Source of the DNA: Phoronis australis
Lineage: Eukaryota > Animalia > Phoronida
Assembly (NCBI GenBank): GCA_002633005.1
Contig: NMRA01000182.1
Coordinates: 381,077-445,076 of the forward strand
Direction of reading: 5' to 3'
Length of the DNA: 64,000 nt
In this document: positions 49,971 through 62,680 of the stretch, in pieces
Layout of the letters: each line of letters starts with the position of its first letter
How positions within the stretch are numbered: position 1 is the first letter of the stretch
Position numbers and translations under genes: made by a program
The notes under the pieces: generated by a model
The model's database searches: none
What the model saw: only the letters and a program-made list of their open reading frames with translations
What the model was told of the DNA's origin: nothing

Positions 49971-50085
49971 CCTAGCTGAGGAGGTAGAGACCTGACTCAA
50001 GGTTCTAACAGTGTGCCCCTGTAGGACTTGAACCCACCATCTTGAGTAAAGGAAGCGGACACCTATCCCAGTAGGCCACACTGCC
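49971..50085 (-). mobile_element. tRNA-derived SINE, best-preserved copy
   Basis: Reverse strand GGCAGTGTGGCCTACTGG (A box) ... GGTTCAAGTCC (B box), then the non-tRNA body shared with other copies. Confidence 0.75.
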
Positions 50086-50253
50086 TACTTTTAACAATGG
50101 ACTACATTGATATCTGGATTTAGAAACCTCACTCATCTGAAGTTGAATCTAAATGAAAGATATTTTTATTGGAAAGTCCACACACCTATTTTACTTTATA
50201 TGTTCTTGAAGTCCATAACTGAACTTCCAGCTGAATTTTTGTCTTTGCCGCAG

Positions 50254-50361
50254 ATGTTGATGGCCTTGGTAGTCGTAAGCTTGGCGGCCAGCTGCTAACA
50301 GACTGTCAGGAGGAAGAAACTTTGTCCCGAGACCTGGGAATGACACGGGCCACTGAAGCTG
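50254..50361 (+). CDS. ARFGEF3: ARFGEF3 coding exon 17
   Basis: DVDGLGSRKLGGQLLTD...ATEA; ccgcag/gtagga. Confidence 0.88.
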
Positions 50362-51231
50362 GTAGGAGGGAGATGCTTAGAGCTACTTATTTTGCTTTTG
50401 GATGACAAAGGAGTTGACTTTTGATGTTGACTACTCTCTGCTAAAAAATTGTCTTAAATTGTTCTTGACTGTGGTTGAGACCATCCATGGTGGGTAAAAT
50501 GACATAACGTGATAAGTCTACATGTCCAACCTTATCTCTAACAATATCAAGCGGTCAGTTCTTCACAAACCGGGGAATCATCTCTTAAACTGAAGGAGAA
50601 GCAATTTAAGACCAGATTTATAACCATATGTTGATTGCTCTAAGTCAAAAGTTAATATTTCATGAAAGGCTGGTTTATGGCCATTTTATTATTTTCTCGG
50701 TAGACTGTGAAGGTCATGCACTAAAACACAATCTTGAGGATGTGATTGTAAATTCCTGGCATGATGAGCTACTGTTTGTGAAACCCTCGGTGGAGTTTGT
50801 TCGCAACTCTCTGTATAAGTGGCCTTCGTCACTGAGATTTGCATCAACCTTATCAACTCCAGGAACTCCTGGGCATTGAATCTTGACCGCTTGTCTGGGG
50901 GTGCATTGTATGAAATGGAAGAATTATTATAGGCGGTCTAAATTAATATTCGTCACCTTCATGGGTAACACGTACATCTCTGCAAGAACATTTATTTTAG
51001 TAAAAGATTTTTATCAAAAAAATGTTCTGCGCACAACTGCCATGGCTATTATGTAGGCACAGGCATTTACATTGACGCCAAGTTTTGATTTATTTTCAGT
51101 TTGCACTGTTCTGAAATTAAATGTCAGTTAACATGTCTGGGATAGTGATCGCATATGGTATTGTGCCATGTTAAACCATCTGAATTTTGTTTCTTCTTAA
51201 TCTGAAGTTGCTTGCCTTTGTCTCCATTCAG

Positions 51232-51450
51232 GTCTCCAGTTTGCCCGTCAGATCCTGATCACCTGCTGGGACGGTATCCTTGACATCCTCTGCGTCCTCA
51301 TCAGCGGCACAAGCTCGTGTGGCATCAGCATGAGCCTGGCCCTCCTATTGGGCACAGACAGTGCTAGGGAGGAGGTGTTCCGTGCACGACAAGCTATCTG
51401 TACCAGTCTGGACGGCCTGCAGAGGGCAGCACGGCTCACGTGCACTCTGG
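51232..51450 (+). CDS. ARFGEF3: ARFGEF3 coding exon 18
   Basis: GLQFARQILITCWDGILDIL...AICTSLDGLQRAARLTCTL; attcag/gtgggt. Confidence 0.92.
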
Positions 51451-52364
51451 GTGGGTAAAGGGTTAAACCTGCCGGAGAGTTTTCTGAACTAGTTTCTCGG
51501 GAGAAAAGCAAGATCTCAAAAGATTTCACAAAATCACAGGATTGAAAAGCAAATGATTCGCGACTATGCTCGAAAGATGATTAGCTTGTCTTAGAAAATG
51601 GTGGCTGCCGAAATGATTGGTTGATGAGCTTGAAGTATGAATTATGACATTAATTCGTTATTTCTGTTCTATATGGGAATGCTTTTAGCCACAAGTGCAA
51701 GCTAATGTCTTGCAGTCTACAGTACACAGCCTTGTATTTCTGGTCTTGGTCAGAATAGAGTTTTCCTCTCTCACGAACCACTTGGGAGTTCTCATTAGCA
51801 GATTGTTTTCTGTAATTTTTATTGTTCTTTTCTCTCAAGCTGTCTGTATTTTTTCTTGACGTTTAAGTTTAATGGAATTATTCATTACATTTTCATGATA
51901 TGTGATTAGACTATGACACATTTGTGATGTTGACCCTAAAAGTGGAGTAACAGTCCAGCATTTCACTGTTTGCTGTTATGTCCAATGGGCAACTCGCTAT
52001 TCACTAAGTGGCGCTTGTGAATAAAGACCCCACATCAGAATATAGATTGTGAGCAGAAAGTGATTTATCAGCATGTGTGTGGCAATGCAGCCATTTGTAT
52101 GGGAAGGTTCCCTTGTTCACTTGCAACCCCAAATGAAGTTTGACTTCAATCTCCATTTTTACAAATCTTGTGTAAACATAGTGGCGTGCATGTCTTACAA
52201 ACAAAAGTGATGAGTTGTACAAGCTTTTATTTGTTGTAATAATGTTCAAGTTTTATTTTGACCAAACTTGCTGAAGTGTTGAAAAATGTGTCTTTCTATT
52301 TAGAAGAAGTACTTCCAAACATTTGAAAAGTCTTCGAGTCTATTATGTAATTTTATTGACACAG

Positions 52365-52602
52365 GTCTGCAGAATCGTTGTGGCGCCTTGTTTGAGCAGC
52401 TGGCCAATGCGTCATGTGTGTTCGAGGACCAGAGAAGCCCCAGCCCCAGCCTTGAACACAAACTGAGCAAGACGCCTCTTCTTCAGTCCAAGCCAAGACC
52501 AGCCCGTCTACACACGGCCTGTGTCCTGAGTTTGGACACTGTACTGACCGTTGGTATGGAGATGGCCAGTCACTCTCCTGACTGCTGGAAACATGTACTC
52601 AG
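52365..52602 (+). CDS. ARFGEF3: ARFGEF3 coding exon 19
   Basis: GLQNRCGALFEQLANASC...RLHTACVLSLD..GMEMASHSPDCWKHVLR; acacag/gtttgt. Confidence 0.92.
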
Positions 52603-52951
52603 GTTTGTGAAGTTCGTAGTGTGATGAATTGACTTGGTCATCTACTGTCCGCATTGCCATTACATGGTGATTTGTGAAGTGCATATTTCACACATTCTTG
52701 GATCAAGTTTGTGCCATGTTGCTATTTTTTTTAAACAATTGAAATCAATTCTTCAAACTTATCATATATAGATAACATTTTAGAGCAAAAGTCTATATTG
52801 GCTATTTCTCAATGTTTCTGATTTTCTTTAGTCTCCTTGACACCATCGCTTCAAAGTAAGTTGTAATGACCTTTTTCAATTTGTTTTCAGGATACTATTC
52901 AATTTATAATGATAGGATGTTCTTTGGGTCATTGTTTGATTGTACTGACAG

Positions 52952-53068
52952 GTGCTGCGCTCATGTGAGTGAACTGGAGCATATGTACTTTAGCCGGGAG
53001 AAGTCCCAGAATGCAACGTTGACAAAATACCAGACAGACATGTGTGGGGGAGGTATGGAGGAACAGAG
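52952..53068 (+). CDS. ARFGEF3: ARFGEF3 coding exon 20
   Basis: CCAHVSELEHMYFS...MEEQ; tgacag/gtaaga. Confidence 0.88.
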
Positions 53069-53498
53069 GTAAGACTTTGAAAATGAACTGCATATTAACA
53101 AAATGTGCGAGAAAATACTTTTTTCCTAAAACCTTTTTTTGTGTCGGTTTTATAGAATGATATGTGTCACTTTTATGCCCTTTTGGTCAGGCAACAATAT
53201 CATACATTACTGTATTGCGGTAACAAGGAATGAAATAAGTGACTGTGTTTCAGTTTGCACAAAATTGGGTTCACTCAACAGTCTGGGTGAAGTTTTCTAG
53301 GACTGGCTGACACTAGAATTGAAATTATAATGTTCCACTACTAGGACACTACAAAACACTTAACTTGGGTTGGTAGTTTATTCCAGAAAAAATGATGCAT
53401 CTCTGTTTCCTTTATCAGTTTCTAGTCTGGGCAGTTGTAATATTGTTTTGAAATTTATGCTTTTCTCAGTGTATTAAGGAGTTGTTTCCCTTTTCCAG

Positions 53499-53684
53499 TG
53501 ACGTGGACATGATGCTGCCTGTCACTTCTCCTGTGGTAGCTGTCACCCCTCAGATTAATGTGGCCGACTTTGTCAATGAGAGCAGTGTAGCTGCAGGGTG
53601 GGAGAGTAACACTCTCGGCGGAGGGGTGTTGAGTGTTGCTCAGACGGACAAAGTGCTGTGTGGACTGTCGCAGTATATAGAAAA
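53499..53684 (+). CDS. ARFGEF3: ARFGEF3 coding exon 21
   Basis: DVDMMLP...GGVLSVAQTDKVLCGLSQYIE; ttccag/gtatga. Confidence 0.88.
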
Positions 53685-54003
53685 GTATGATGAATCAAGC
53701 ACTCACAGATATGTTTTTGTTTCATGATCTACTCTGCTTTAAGAATAAAAATATTAGGTGTATTTTGTATGATGAAAATATGTTCCATTGTTACCTATGA
53801 AATGCAAGCATTCATATCACTTTCTCCCAATATTGAATTTGTTTGTGATGCTAAATAAATGTAGATGTTGAAATACAAACCAAGTATCACATTCTTTATA
53901 ATGTTGTGTAATGTTAGCTGTTTGTATTAGCATTAGCATCTCTAAAATATGCTCTTGAGTAATCTTAAAAATAAATTTATCTTTCTTTTTATGAATTCTT
54001 TAG

Positions 54004-54274
54004 GTTATTTGACGAGTCGGCACTGACCCTCAATCTGCAGGCTCTTGTCAGTTTCCTGACAGAATTGTGCAAGGCCAGCCGTCAGCAGCTATTCTGTACA
54101 TCCACAAGGATGACGTACTCACCTTCAGATGGTAGTATAGAGGGCGGGGTTCAGTCTTCAAACATCCTTCATCTTCACCGACTTGGGGACGTCCTGGTGA
54201 AAGTCGTCAATAGCAATCGGCCATTGCTGCACATAATGAAGTCGTGGAGTGCTGTCAGCTCTCACCTGGTAGAG
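54004..54274 (+). CDS. ARFGEF3: ARFGEF3 coding exon 22
   Basis: LFDESALTLNLQALVSFLTELCKASRQQLF...RPLLHIMKSWSAVSSHLVE; ctttag/gtaatt. Confidence 0.92.
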
Positions 54275-54725
54275 GTAATTATGTACACAATTTTCTGAGG
54301 TTGTTGAAGTGGTATTTTGTTAAGCGTGGCCTGAAAAGATTTTTTGATTTTCCCATGTATGTAAAATGAGCCAGGTTTATATTGTGACAAGTACATCAAG
54401 TATGCACAGATTTATGGGAAATCCAGCTATCCCGCCACCTGGTGACTGGATATTTAATCACTTTAACTACACTCTACTTCATTGCCATTGTTTCTCAGTC
54501 CATTATCCGTAAAATATCAATGAACTGACTCCACTTCACATAATGTTGCTGTACAAAATAGGATATACTGTTAAATTTTGTGTTGATATGTAACCAAATA
54601 TTAGACAGTCTCGGGTATTTTCTTGAATTTCTTGTAAGTTACTTTGCAATATCTCAAAGGTTTGTTATGTTACTGTGACCAATGCAGCAAGTTCTCGATA
54701 TTTGTGACGGACTCCTTCCTTCCAG

Positions 54726-54905
54726 GCTGCCTGTCACAGGGACCGTAGAATCTCGAAGAAAGCTGTAGCATGCCTTCATGAGTGTGTTACATCACTGCTG
54801 AGTCGGCAGCCAGAGTTGCCTCATTTTCACTTGCATGAGTTCCTGTGTAAGCCATTTGAGAACCTGCTGTGTCTAGAGTTGTGTGACGGAGATGCACAGG
54901 ACCAG
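54726..54905 (+). CDS. ARFGEF3: ARFGEF3 coding exon 23
   Basis: AACHRDRRISKKAV...ELPHFHLHEFLCKPFENLLCLELCDGDAQDQ; ttccag/gtatgt. Confidence 0.93.
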
Positions 54906-55781
54906 GTATGTCTTCTAGGAATCAGTAGTGATGGAGAACCAGTTTTGTTAAATTAACGTACTTCTGTGCTATTCATGTCAGAACCACAACTGTTGGTTGC
55001 AGGGAGCTGTGAATATGATAAACTAAAGGTATTTACTTACACCAGCTGGTCATTATAGGAAACTGAATGTGAGGTTGTGGCTAAACCTGCTCATAAAACG
55101 CACTAGTACTACCCTGAAATACCCACACCACCCTGGGTTTAATGTCTGTACATGTGCAGACTTCAGTCATATGGCAAGTCATGTGACTTTCAGTCTGTAG
55201 AATAGTTGTATGACCGAAGTTCGTACATACGCAGATATGAAACACCTCTTAGGGGAAATTTGAAGTACACGAACGCCCAAGTTGTTCCAAGTGAACCTTA
55301 TCGCCATAGGATAACAAATTGTTCTGTAAGTCAAGATCAAGGTCTTGTTGCATAAACAATATATGATGGATAATTATTGACTGACATTCCACTACATAAA
55401 TAAATCGATGTTGGAACTGCTGAACTAAGCCGATATCATGCAATCATGAAAGTTTGACACTGGAGGCAGTTTGGTTGTTTTTATCAAAATCCTTATGTCC
55501 AGTCATAGCTAAAACCTTCATGTCTTTAAAATCTTTATTGGCACACAGTTGATTTAGTGGTTAATGAAGGTGATCGTTGAGTGTGTATGGGGTCTATCAT
55601 TGAATTTCTGTTGGCTGCAATGGTTTGTTCTTTAATTTCAAGATCATAGCATCTCATTCCTATTCAATGTGTCTATGACTGTATACTGTATAAGCTATGA
55701 CACGACCTTTGATGAAACGGGCCCTAGAGCTACACTATTTGAGGTTTTAGTCATGTGGTAAAGAGGAGACCTTTGTTCCAG

Positions 55782-56037
55782 ATTGTGTGTTCAATCTGCG
55801 AGCTTGTAGAGGCTTGCAGTTCAGAAATTAAGTCTGGTTGGCGGCCATTGTTTGCTGCTCTCCGCTGTGTGAAGATTGAATGTACAGCCATTGAAGAACT
55901 GAATGAGGCTCGTCAGCGACATGTGTCGGCTGTTTTGGATGTCTTCGAAGTGTTTCTCAACACTGACAACGTTCTTGTGTTTGCTAATGCTGCCATGGAT
56001 TGTGTGCTGTGTCTGTTGAACTACGTGCGTGGTGCTG
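55782..56037 (+). CDS. ARFGEF3: ARFGEF3 coding exon 24
   Basis: IVCSICELVEACSSEIKSGWRPLF...VFEVFLNTDNVLVFANAA; ttccag/gtgagt. Confidence 0.93.
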
Positions 56038-56872
56038 GTGAGTGAACTATATCGTATCCATTACCTGAATCGACATGACCCTACACTCTACTTGGGATTG
56101 ATGGATGACGTGACTTCCATGAAAATTCCATCGCCCTCTGCTGGGGTTCCTGGACAACAATTTCAGGGTCCTGGAACATGACTAAACTTCAGCGGTATTC
56201 CTCCAAGTCATTGCATGGAGGGATTCTTGGCTTTAACCCACACAGCTTGTCTGACACTCTGCTTAAAATCTGAATTCTCTCTGTTTAGCACCCGCACCGT
56301 CACGTATGCTGTATCAAATGATTGTCCCGTGTCACCAAGGTGTTCAAACACTGCAGTGTTAAACCGCTGGCATTCACCCTGTGGTGCTGAGACACAATTC
56401 TGCTTTCCGAGTAGCTGTTCTGTGTTACCTCACATTTGTCATTATCACACGAAGTGTAATCCACCACTCTGACATCATCACCCACAGTAGCTAGTTTAAT
56501 GCACCTTGAGGACAAACTTCAGCATGGTGATGTTATTGAAACACCTGTAGTGACTTGGGACACTCATTTAAAATTGAGGGTGCGAGACAGGGAGAGTTCT
56601 TGGTTTGAGCATTAGATCAGAGAGACTGGCTGTAAGCCAAATCCTCCTACAGTTGTCTGACTCATGGCACTAGAGTTGGTGTCTAGGAACACTGACAGAG
56701 AGCAACATAACTTTCACAAGAATTGGTCAGTCCTCAGTTTCCAGTTAAAGGAGCCTGTTGTTTCCAAGAAACTATAGGTTGTTAAGTTTGCAGCAATGTA
56801 GTAAGCCTTAAGAAAACGGTGGTTTATAGCAGTAGTGTTTTTCAAAATTTTCGTTTTAATTGCTGACGACAG

Positions 56873-57047
56873 GTGAGACGGACAGCTCCAGCGACAGTGA
56901 CTCTGATTCTGGCAGTGACCTCCAACCTCTGGACAGTCCTACAGAGAACTTGTGTCTGCCCGCCCTCAAGTACCTGCACAGGTGTTGTGTCATACTGGCA
57001 CGCATGAGGGCCATGCCAGCCTGTCCTGTGTTTAGTGGTGCCAACAG
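56873..57047 (+). CDS. ARFGEF3: ARFGEF3 coding exon 25
   Basis: GETDSSS...LCLPALKYLHRCCVILARM..MPACPVFSGA; cgacag/gtgagt. Confidence 0.9.
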
Positions 57048-57583
57048 GTGAGTAGTCAGGTCTATTTTGTGGTAATGACATTCATGATGGGCTGAATGAT
57101 GATGATGATTATATGAAATTAAAACAACAATAAAGGATCTACTAAAATTTTGGATATAACCGAATCCTTTCTGTTTGGTACAGTCATAGTATCCTTCAGA
57201 GGATCTGGATTGCCTCATTTAGTTTCAGATTTATTTGCTATTGGATTTTTCCTAGTAATGTTTGGCACGTATTTTGTTTTACGTCTTTACCATTAGTTAC
57301 TCTTACTGTGTTCAGTCGTATGAAAGAATCAGAAGTTTTCACTTCTCACAAAAATGTGAAATCACAAGGTAAATGTTTTCAAATATTCTGGAAAATGTGT
57401 TATTTGTTTTTCTTTTTTATTGTCTTTGTTGAACTCACACATACATAGTTTTAATGTTCCGTCTCTGTCAACAAATTGATTCTAAACTATTTTTACTCGT
57501 GTTTAACTGTAACTATGGCAACACTAGAGTACTTCATGAATATGATGGCTTGTACATGACAAGTTAAGTAAATTATTCTACAG

Positions 57584-57708
57584 ACTGCAGCTGGGGGTTA
57601 AACCAAAATGTGTCAGCAGGGAAATTCCAGACATGGACATCAACGAATTCCAACGGCTTTTCACAAATAAACCAAGCACAGCGAGAGAAGGCAGTCTACC
57701 TGACCCTG
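57584..57708 (+). CDS. ARFGEF3: ARFGEF3 coding exon 26
   Basis: LQLGVKPKCVSREIPDMDINEFQRLF...; ctacag/gtatgt; phases 2/1 bridge neighbours. Confidence 0.8.
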
Positions 57709-58043
57709 GTATGTTTGTGTGCTTTTTCCTATGTTAACAAGTTGAGTATGACAGTTACAGATAGCAGTAAAGCAAGATGCTATTTGGAAAGCAATTCAAG
57801 TTATTTTCCCATCAATATCCAATACATCAACAATGCCGTATGTTTAAGCCATGTGATCTTTTTGCGTTTCAGTAGTAAGTAGAGAAATTGATTTCAGATG
57901 CTTTTGAAAATGTGTTATCATAGTTACGCTCAATACATTTCTGCTTAAAATTCTTTTTGCTTTAGCTTCACATTTTAGCTTTGAATAGGAATTCTTGGCC
58001 TTAAATTGATAATTTTTCTCCAGTTGTTGCTTATTTGCTCCAG

Positions 58044-58502
58044 CGCCACCGATTAACAACCGCGTATCTGATCTAAGAATGGAAGACGAAACTCAGGACA
58101 CCAAGAGCGTCGATTCGGGTCTCGGAATATTCGGCCAACAAGAACACCAGGATCAGACTCAGCCCAAGGCTCAGAAACCTTTCAATCAGGAAGTAGTCGC
58201 AACTCCAGCGGACGAGAACTGCTCAACTGATGTCATACCATCAAACAGTAGTGGAGAGGTGGATGACAGTGGCAGTAGGACTTTAATGTACTCAGCCAGT
58301 GATATCACCAAGTGTGCCCTGGACACGGCTGGCTATGTGCCGCCGACATTGGAGGTTATTGACAACCATACGGGTATACTCAAGATTTGGTACCTCATCA
58401 TTGAAGGACTGGCCAATGCCGTCACTCTCTGCCCCAAGAACTACCAATCGCAGACGGTCGATACGCTGTTTGAGTTGCTAAGGGAAGCTAGTAAGACAGA
58501 CG
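58044..58502 (+). CDS. ARFGEF3: ARFGEF3 coding exon 27
   Basis: ...IDNHTGILKIWYLIIEGLANAVTLCPKNYQSQTVDTLFELLR; ctccag/gtaggt. Confidence 0.88.
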
Positions 58503-58917
58503 GTAGGTTAATGGCAACTTTGTTGTGGGTGAACTGCAGTCTTGGCAGACATCCAAGATAGCGTACATTTAAACCTGAAAGCGTAATTTTCTAATAAAAT
58601 ACCTTTTTTGTTTGTGTTGTAACTTAGAAATAAGAACTTGTTGAGGAGATTGCAGATGCATCTAGTATTTAACTATATGTATTGGCATTACCTACCAGAT
58701 ACCATTTAATTATAAGTATAAATATTGCTAGGTTTCGCTACAAAAACAACTAGTAAAAGGATTATTTGTACATGACCAGCATGCAGCACAACTGTCATCA
58801 AACTTTCATCAAATGTTGAGGTTTATTTCTTTTTCTAGAGTTGACCAATCTATTCTGTACTTGAGGTATCTGTAACCTTCTGATGGGTTTTCATGGCATC
58901 TCTTTTTTTCCAAGCAG

Positions 58918-59079
58918 GCTGTGTGTTCAGTCTTCACTGTGTCAACCACCTGATTCTGCCCCTGCTGCAGACCTGGTTGAGGCGAGACCACAACGTCTGG
59001 GACCATTCGCTGGCCAACTTTAAGCAGTACTGTGGTCTGTCTACAGACTTGGCTGTGGAGTATATTGTCAACTTTGTTG
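58918..59079 (+). CDS. ARFGEF3: ARFGEF3 coding exon 28 (NAGNAG; alternative start 58915)
   Basis: GCVFSLHCVNHLILPLLQTWLRR...NFKQYCGLSTDLAVEYI; aagcag/gtatgc. Confidence 0.88.
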
Positions 59080-59697
59080 GTATGCTGCTTTCATAAAGCT
59101 GTAATGTGTTAATGATATTCCTGTTTTAATGTATGCTAATTACTTTAGCGTTAGAAATTGGTAAGGGTTGTGTAAGGCACCTTTGATGTGACAATTAGGA
59201 CGAAATGTATGAAAAGATGCTCCAGATAACTCTCTATGGTTATGAAGCTGAGTGGTCACGGGCATCCCAGGATTTGGACAAGCTATTGTTGTCAGGACCC
59301 TCTCAATTCTCTTTTAAGGCTCTACCTTTTTGTTTTAGATTAGAAAGCCACCAGTTGGCTGTTGATTTTATTCACGTATGTACTTCAGTTGTTTTACATG
59401 GTTTCATAAAACCTAATGAAGGGGATTACCTAATCACTAAACACTGGGATTTCATCTGAACACTCACATGCGTGAAAGTGAACATATTACACGTCTCACA
59501 GGAAGGGATAAAATCACTCAAAAATTATAAATTTTGTATCCAGAAAGAAGATCACAAGCCGGCGCTCAGAATTTTTCCCCAATTAAATTACTTTACGCTT
59601 GTAACAGATGGACATGTTTTCAGAGATCCTCAGTAGCTTATCACCTGCTGCCTCTGCATGGAAACTTGAGACACAATTTGATTTTTTTTGTTACTAG

Positions 59698-59815
59698 GTC
59701 AACAGTCTAGTCAGAGGAGCCTGGGGTTTATGCTTCAGCAATTATTGGATGTCCTGGTGGAGTGTGTGGCCCAGCCCACCGAGGCTGTGTCCAGGCTTGG
59801 CTGTGCATGTATCAG
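59698..59815 (+). CDS. ARFGEF3: ARFGEF3 coding exon 29
   Basis: MLQQLLDVLVECVAQPTEAVSRLGCACIR; tactag/gtaggc. Confidence 0.92.
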
Positions 59816-60278
59816 GTAGGCAAAGGTTGAAACTATGCATACTCCTAGGCAACATAAATAATATGCAGATCTGTATTGGGGCATATAAAGTGACCTGCTG
59901 ATGACATTTTCTCGCAGATACGTCCTCTGTGACAGAATTTAAAAGTAATGGTCTCTCAGAAGTATACTCATTTAGTTTTTAATTCAGCTAGAAAAGGCGC
60001 ACCCGGTGGTAACACAGAATTGTGTCGTATACATTAAGCAGTGTTCACAAACATTGTGACGCAGATACGGTTAAGTTGCTGTAAAGGGAATCATTGGTAT
60101 TCATAACATAACATGAAGGCAACGTGGGTGCATATCACCATGAGAGCATTGTCGGGTCCCCTGGTCATGACACTTAAATCTATACCTGCAATATACGAAA
60201 CTACTGATGTCAGAAGTTACGGTTGCTAGGCAACACACAATATATTTCAAATGTCATACCCACTATCTTTTCCTTTTT

Positions 60279-60465
60279 ATACGCCCACATATATGTGTTC
60301 CTATTGAGAAGAGCATCACTGTCTTGCTTTTTACCCCCTGGACGCTACATCAAGTTTATCAGTATTACTCCTAGTAATAGGAATGTTTATAATAATGACC
60401 ATCCCTTGTATCTTTGCTGTCTATGAGGCATGTGGGTGCATATTAATGTTTTGTTTTGCTCTTGT
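60279..60465 (+). mobile_element. Internally deleted HINE-like mini-element
   Basis: ttttt-atacgcccacat ... atgtgggtgcat ... gctcttgtt, both termini like 37602-39440. Confidence 0.55.
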
Positions 60466-60599
60466 TACAAGAAGAGGTCTCATCAGGAGTTTTTCAATTA
60501 AGTTAATTGGGACGAAGGTCATTTGAAAATGTTCAGTGGATTTAATTTGTTTTGCTGTCGATTTGACAAGTTCAGTAAGTGGTAATGAAAGGATTCAAA

Positions 60600-60735
60600 A
60601 TTTATCATGCTACTACTCCAGAGACACCTAGCTGAGCTGTGCGGTAAATACATTATATGATGATTTGATTTATCATGCTACTACTCCAGAGACACCTAGC
60701 TGAGCTGTGCGGTAAATACATTATATGATGATTTG
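60600..60735. repeat. 68-bp perfect tandem duplication
   Basis: atttatcatgctactactccagag...atatgatgatttg twice. Confidence 0.92.
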
Positions 60736-60963
60736 AAAACGATTTAGTATCTAACTCTGTATTGCATGTCTCAAATGACTCAGACGGCTGACGTTTTAAT
60801 TTTTAAGAGAAGCTTTATTGAGTGTTATCATTTCATTTTATCATTTTTATTTACATTCTATGTATATGGTGATATTGTCTGCAGTGACCTCAAGGAAGAA
60901 CTTATGTATTACCTCCTTTAAATGAATAACTATTTACAAAATTAATCTCGGCTCTCATTCCAG

Positions 60964-61192
60964 GCACATCCTTCTGAGTGCTGGCCCCCTGTTCACTGAC
61001 CCCATGTGGACAGTGGCTAGCAAGGCGGTCAAGAAGGCATTCGAAATGACCACATATCCTCTGCGTCAGCTGATGTGTCTGTATGGCCAGTATTCAGAGA
61101 ATTACTATGGTGATTGTGGGGAGGTGAAAGTCGCGGCTAGAAAGGACGTCAGTGATGCTGAATGTCACCGGATCAGACAGCTGTCAATGCAG
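60964..61192 (+). CDS. ARFGEF3: ARFGEF3 coding exon 30
   Basis: HILLSAGPLFTDPMW...SENYYGDCGEVKVAAR...RIRQLSMQ; ttccag/gtaaaa. Confidence 0.92.
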
Positions 61193-61634
61193 GTAAAATA
61201 GCTAAGTTTATACAATTAAGAAGACAATAAGGTTAAACTTAATGGTCATTTTGTTAAATTACTCAGCTAAAGCAAACAAGAAGGAAATTTTTTATTTAAT
61301 AGTAGTCAAGCTAGTTGTGTGCAATTCTCAATAAACAAGATTTGGTGAAATAATGTACATTTTACAACTATAGTGAGTCTTTGAAAAATGGGAAAAAATT
61401 TTTTCAAGTATATTTGTTTGCTTCACCACACATCATTTGTGATTTGGATTGCAGTGGATAATTACAATTAGCGATAATAATACTTTCCAATATTTTATTT
61501 GTAATGTTTTCTCAAGTCATTCTGAAAGGTACTCTTCAGAAAATTACCCAAAACTTCTTGTTCCAGAAATTTGTCTTTTGTTTGTTGTGCTAATCTTTAT
61601 GTTTAATTCCTCATTAATCTGTTTTCATCTTCAG

Positions 61635-61768
61635 GTATTCCTGCTGGATTCTCAGCGAGGGTTAAGCCCTGGCCTGACCTTTGACCCCGAAAGTCAAAGG
61701 TCATATGTCTTTCTACTCTACCCTCCTGGGGCAGAACAGGCAACTCATCCAGACCAATACTTAGTCAG
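61635..61768 (+). CDS. ARFGEF3: ARFGEF3 coding exon 31
   Basis: VFLLDSQR...RSYVFLLYPP...; cttcag/gtagtg. Confidence 0.9.
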
Positions 61769-62454
61769 GTAGTGTAAAGAGTTTATCATTTGTAGATGTT
61801 TTTGTGTTATTGTTTCATGACAAGTGACACAAGACTTTTGTCAGAAAATTTGTCTTCTCCCTCTTTACTATTTACCTAATAATATTTATTTTTGCTGTAT
61901 GTATTTGCTTGCTCATGGTAGTTTAGCAATAATCTGATTAACCTGTAATTATTGATATCTTTTCAGACTGCAGTACAAATTTTCAACTTCAGACAAAAGT
62001 AATTGCTAGAATCATGATTTTTGTAATTTTCAAAGGCTTATTATTATTATTAATACTATAAATACTCAACATTTTATCAAAATGTTTCTTGGTGACAACT
62101 GTGTCATCTACTGCTAACAAAATAGAAAAAAGTTTGTATAATTGATTCAGAATTTTGAAAAAAATAATTTCGCTGTTTTTCCCCAACTGAAGATTTTTTA
62201 CCGTATGTACTTTTCTGAAGTGGCAAATTGTTTTTCAACAAGTAATTGTGTTGTGCATTAGGCAAAATTTCTGACTTTAAAGTGGACCTTGCAAGCTAAT
62301 TCCTCATCCCTGTGATTGCTTTGGTAAAATTAGTTACAAACACAAGATATAGAAAGACGATGTGAATATCAGGTACACTGAAAATTAAGAAATGCTTTTA
62401 AGAAAGAGTTTTGTGTCAAAAGTGATACCCGTAAATCACGCAATCATGTCCAGT

Positions 62455-62680
62455 AAGTATCATGACGTGGTGTTGGGGAATAACACTGCATGATGTGAGC
62501 CCCCGAGGAACGTCATTAGTGCAAAGGTCACCTATTTGCAAAATTTTTTTGTTTTCACATTTACAAGTTGTCAAAGAATATCACTGCACTTTGTTTAGCG
62601 TAGATGATATTCAAATCGCAATGTCGTTTAGTTCCTGCTATACATTAGCATAGTTAGGAGCATGCAAATACATCTTTAAA
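62455..62680 (+). repeat. Dispersed repeat family, copy 2
   Basis: Similar to 15236-15460 and 63320-63548. Confidence 0.8.

Noticed and set aside
49971-50085. tRNA gene on the minus strand
   Set aside because: A and B boxes are present but I could not fold a convincing cloverleaf, and it continues into a body shared by dispersed degenerate copies.
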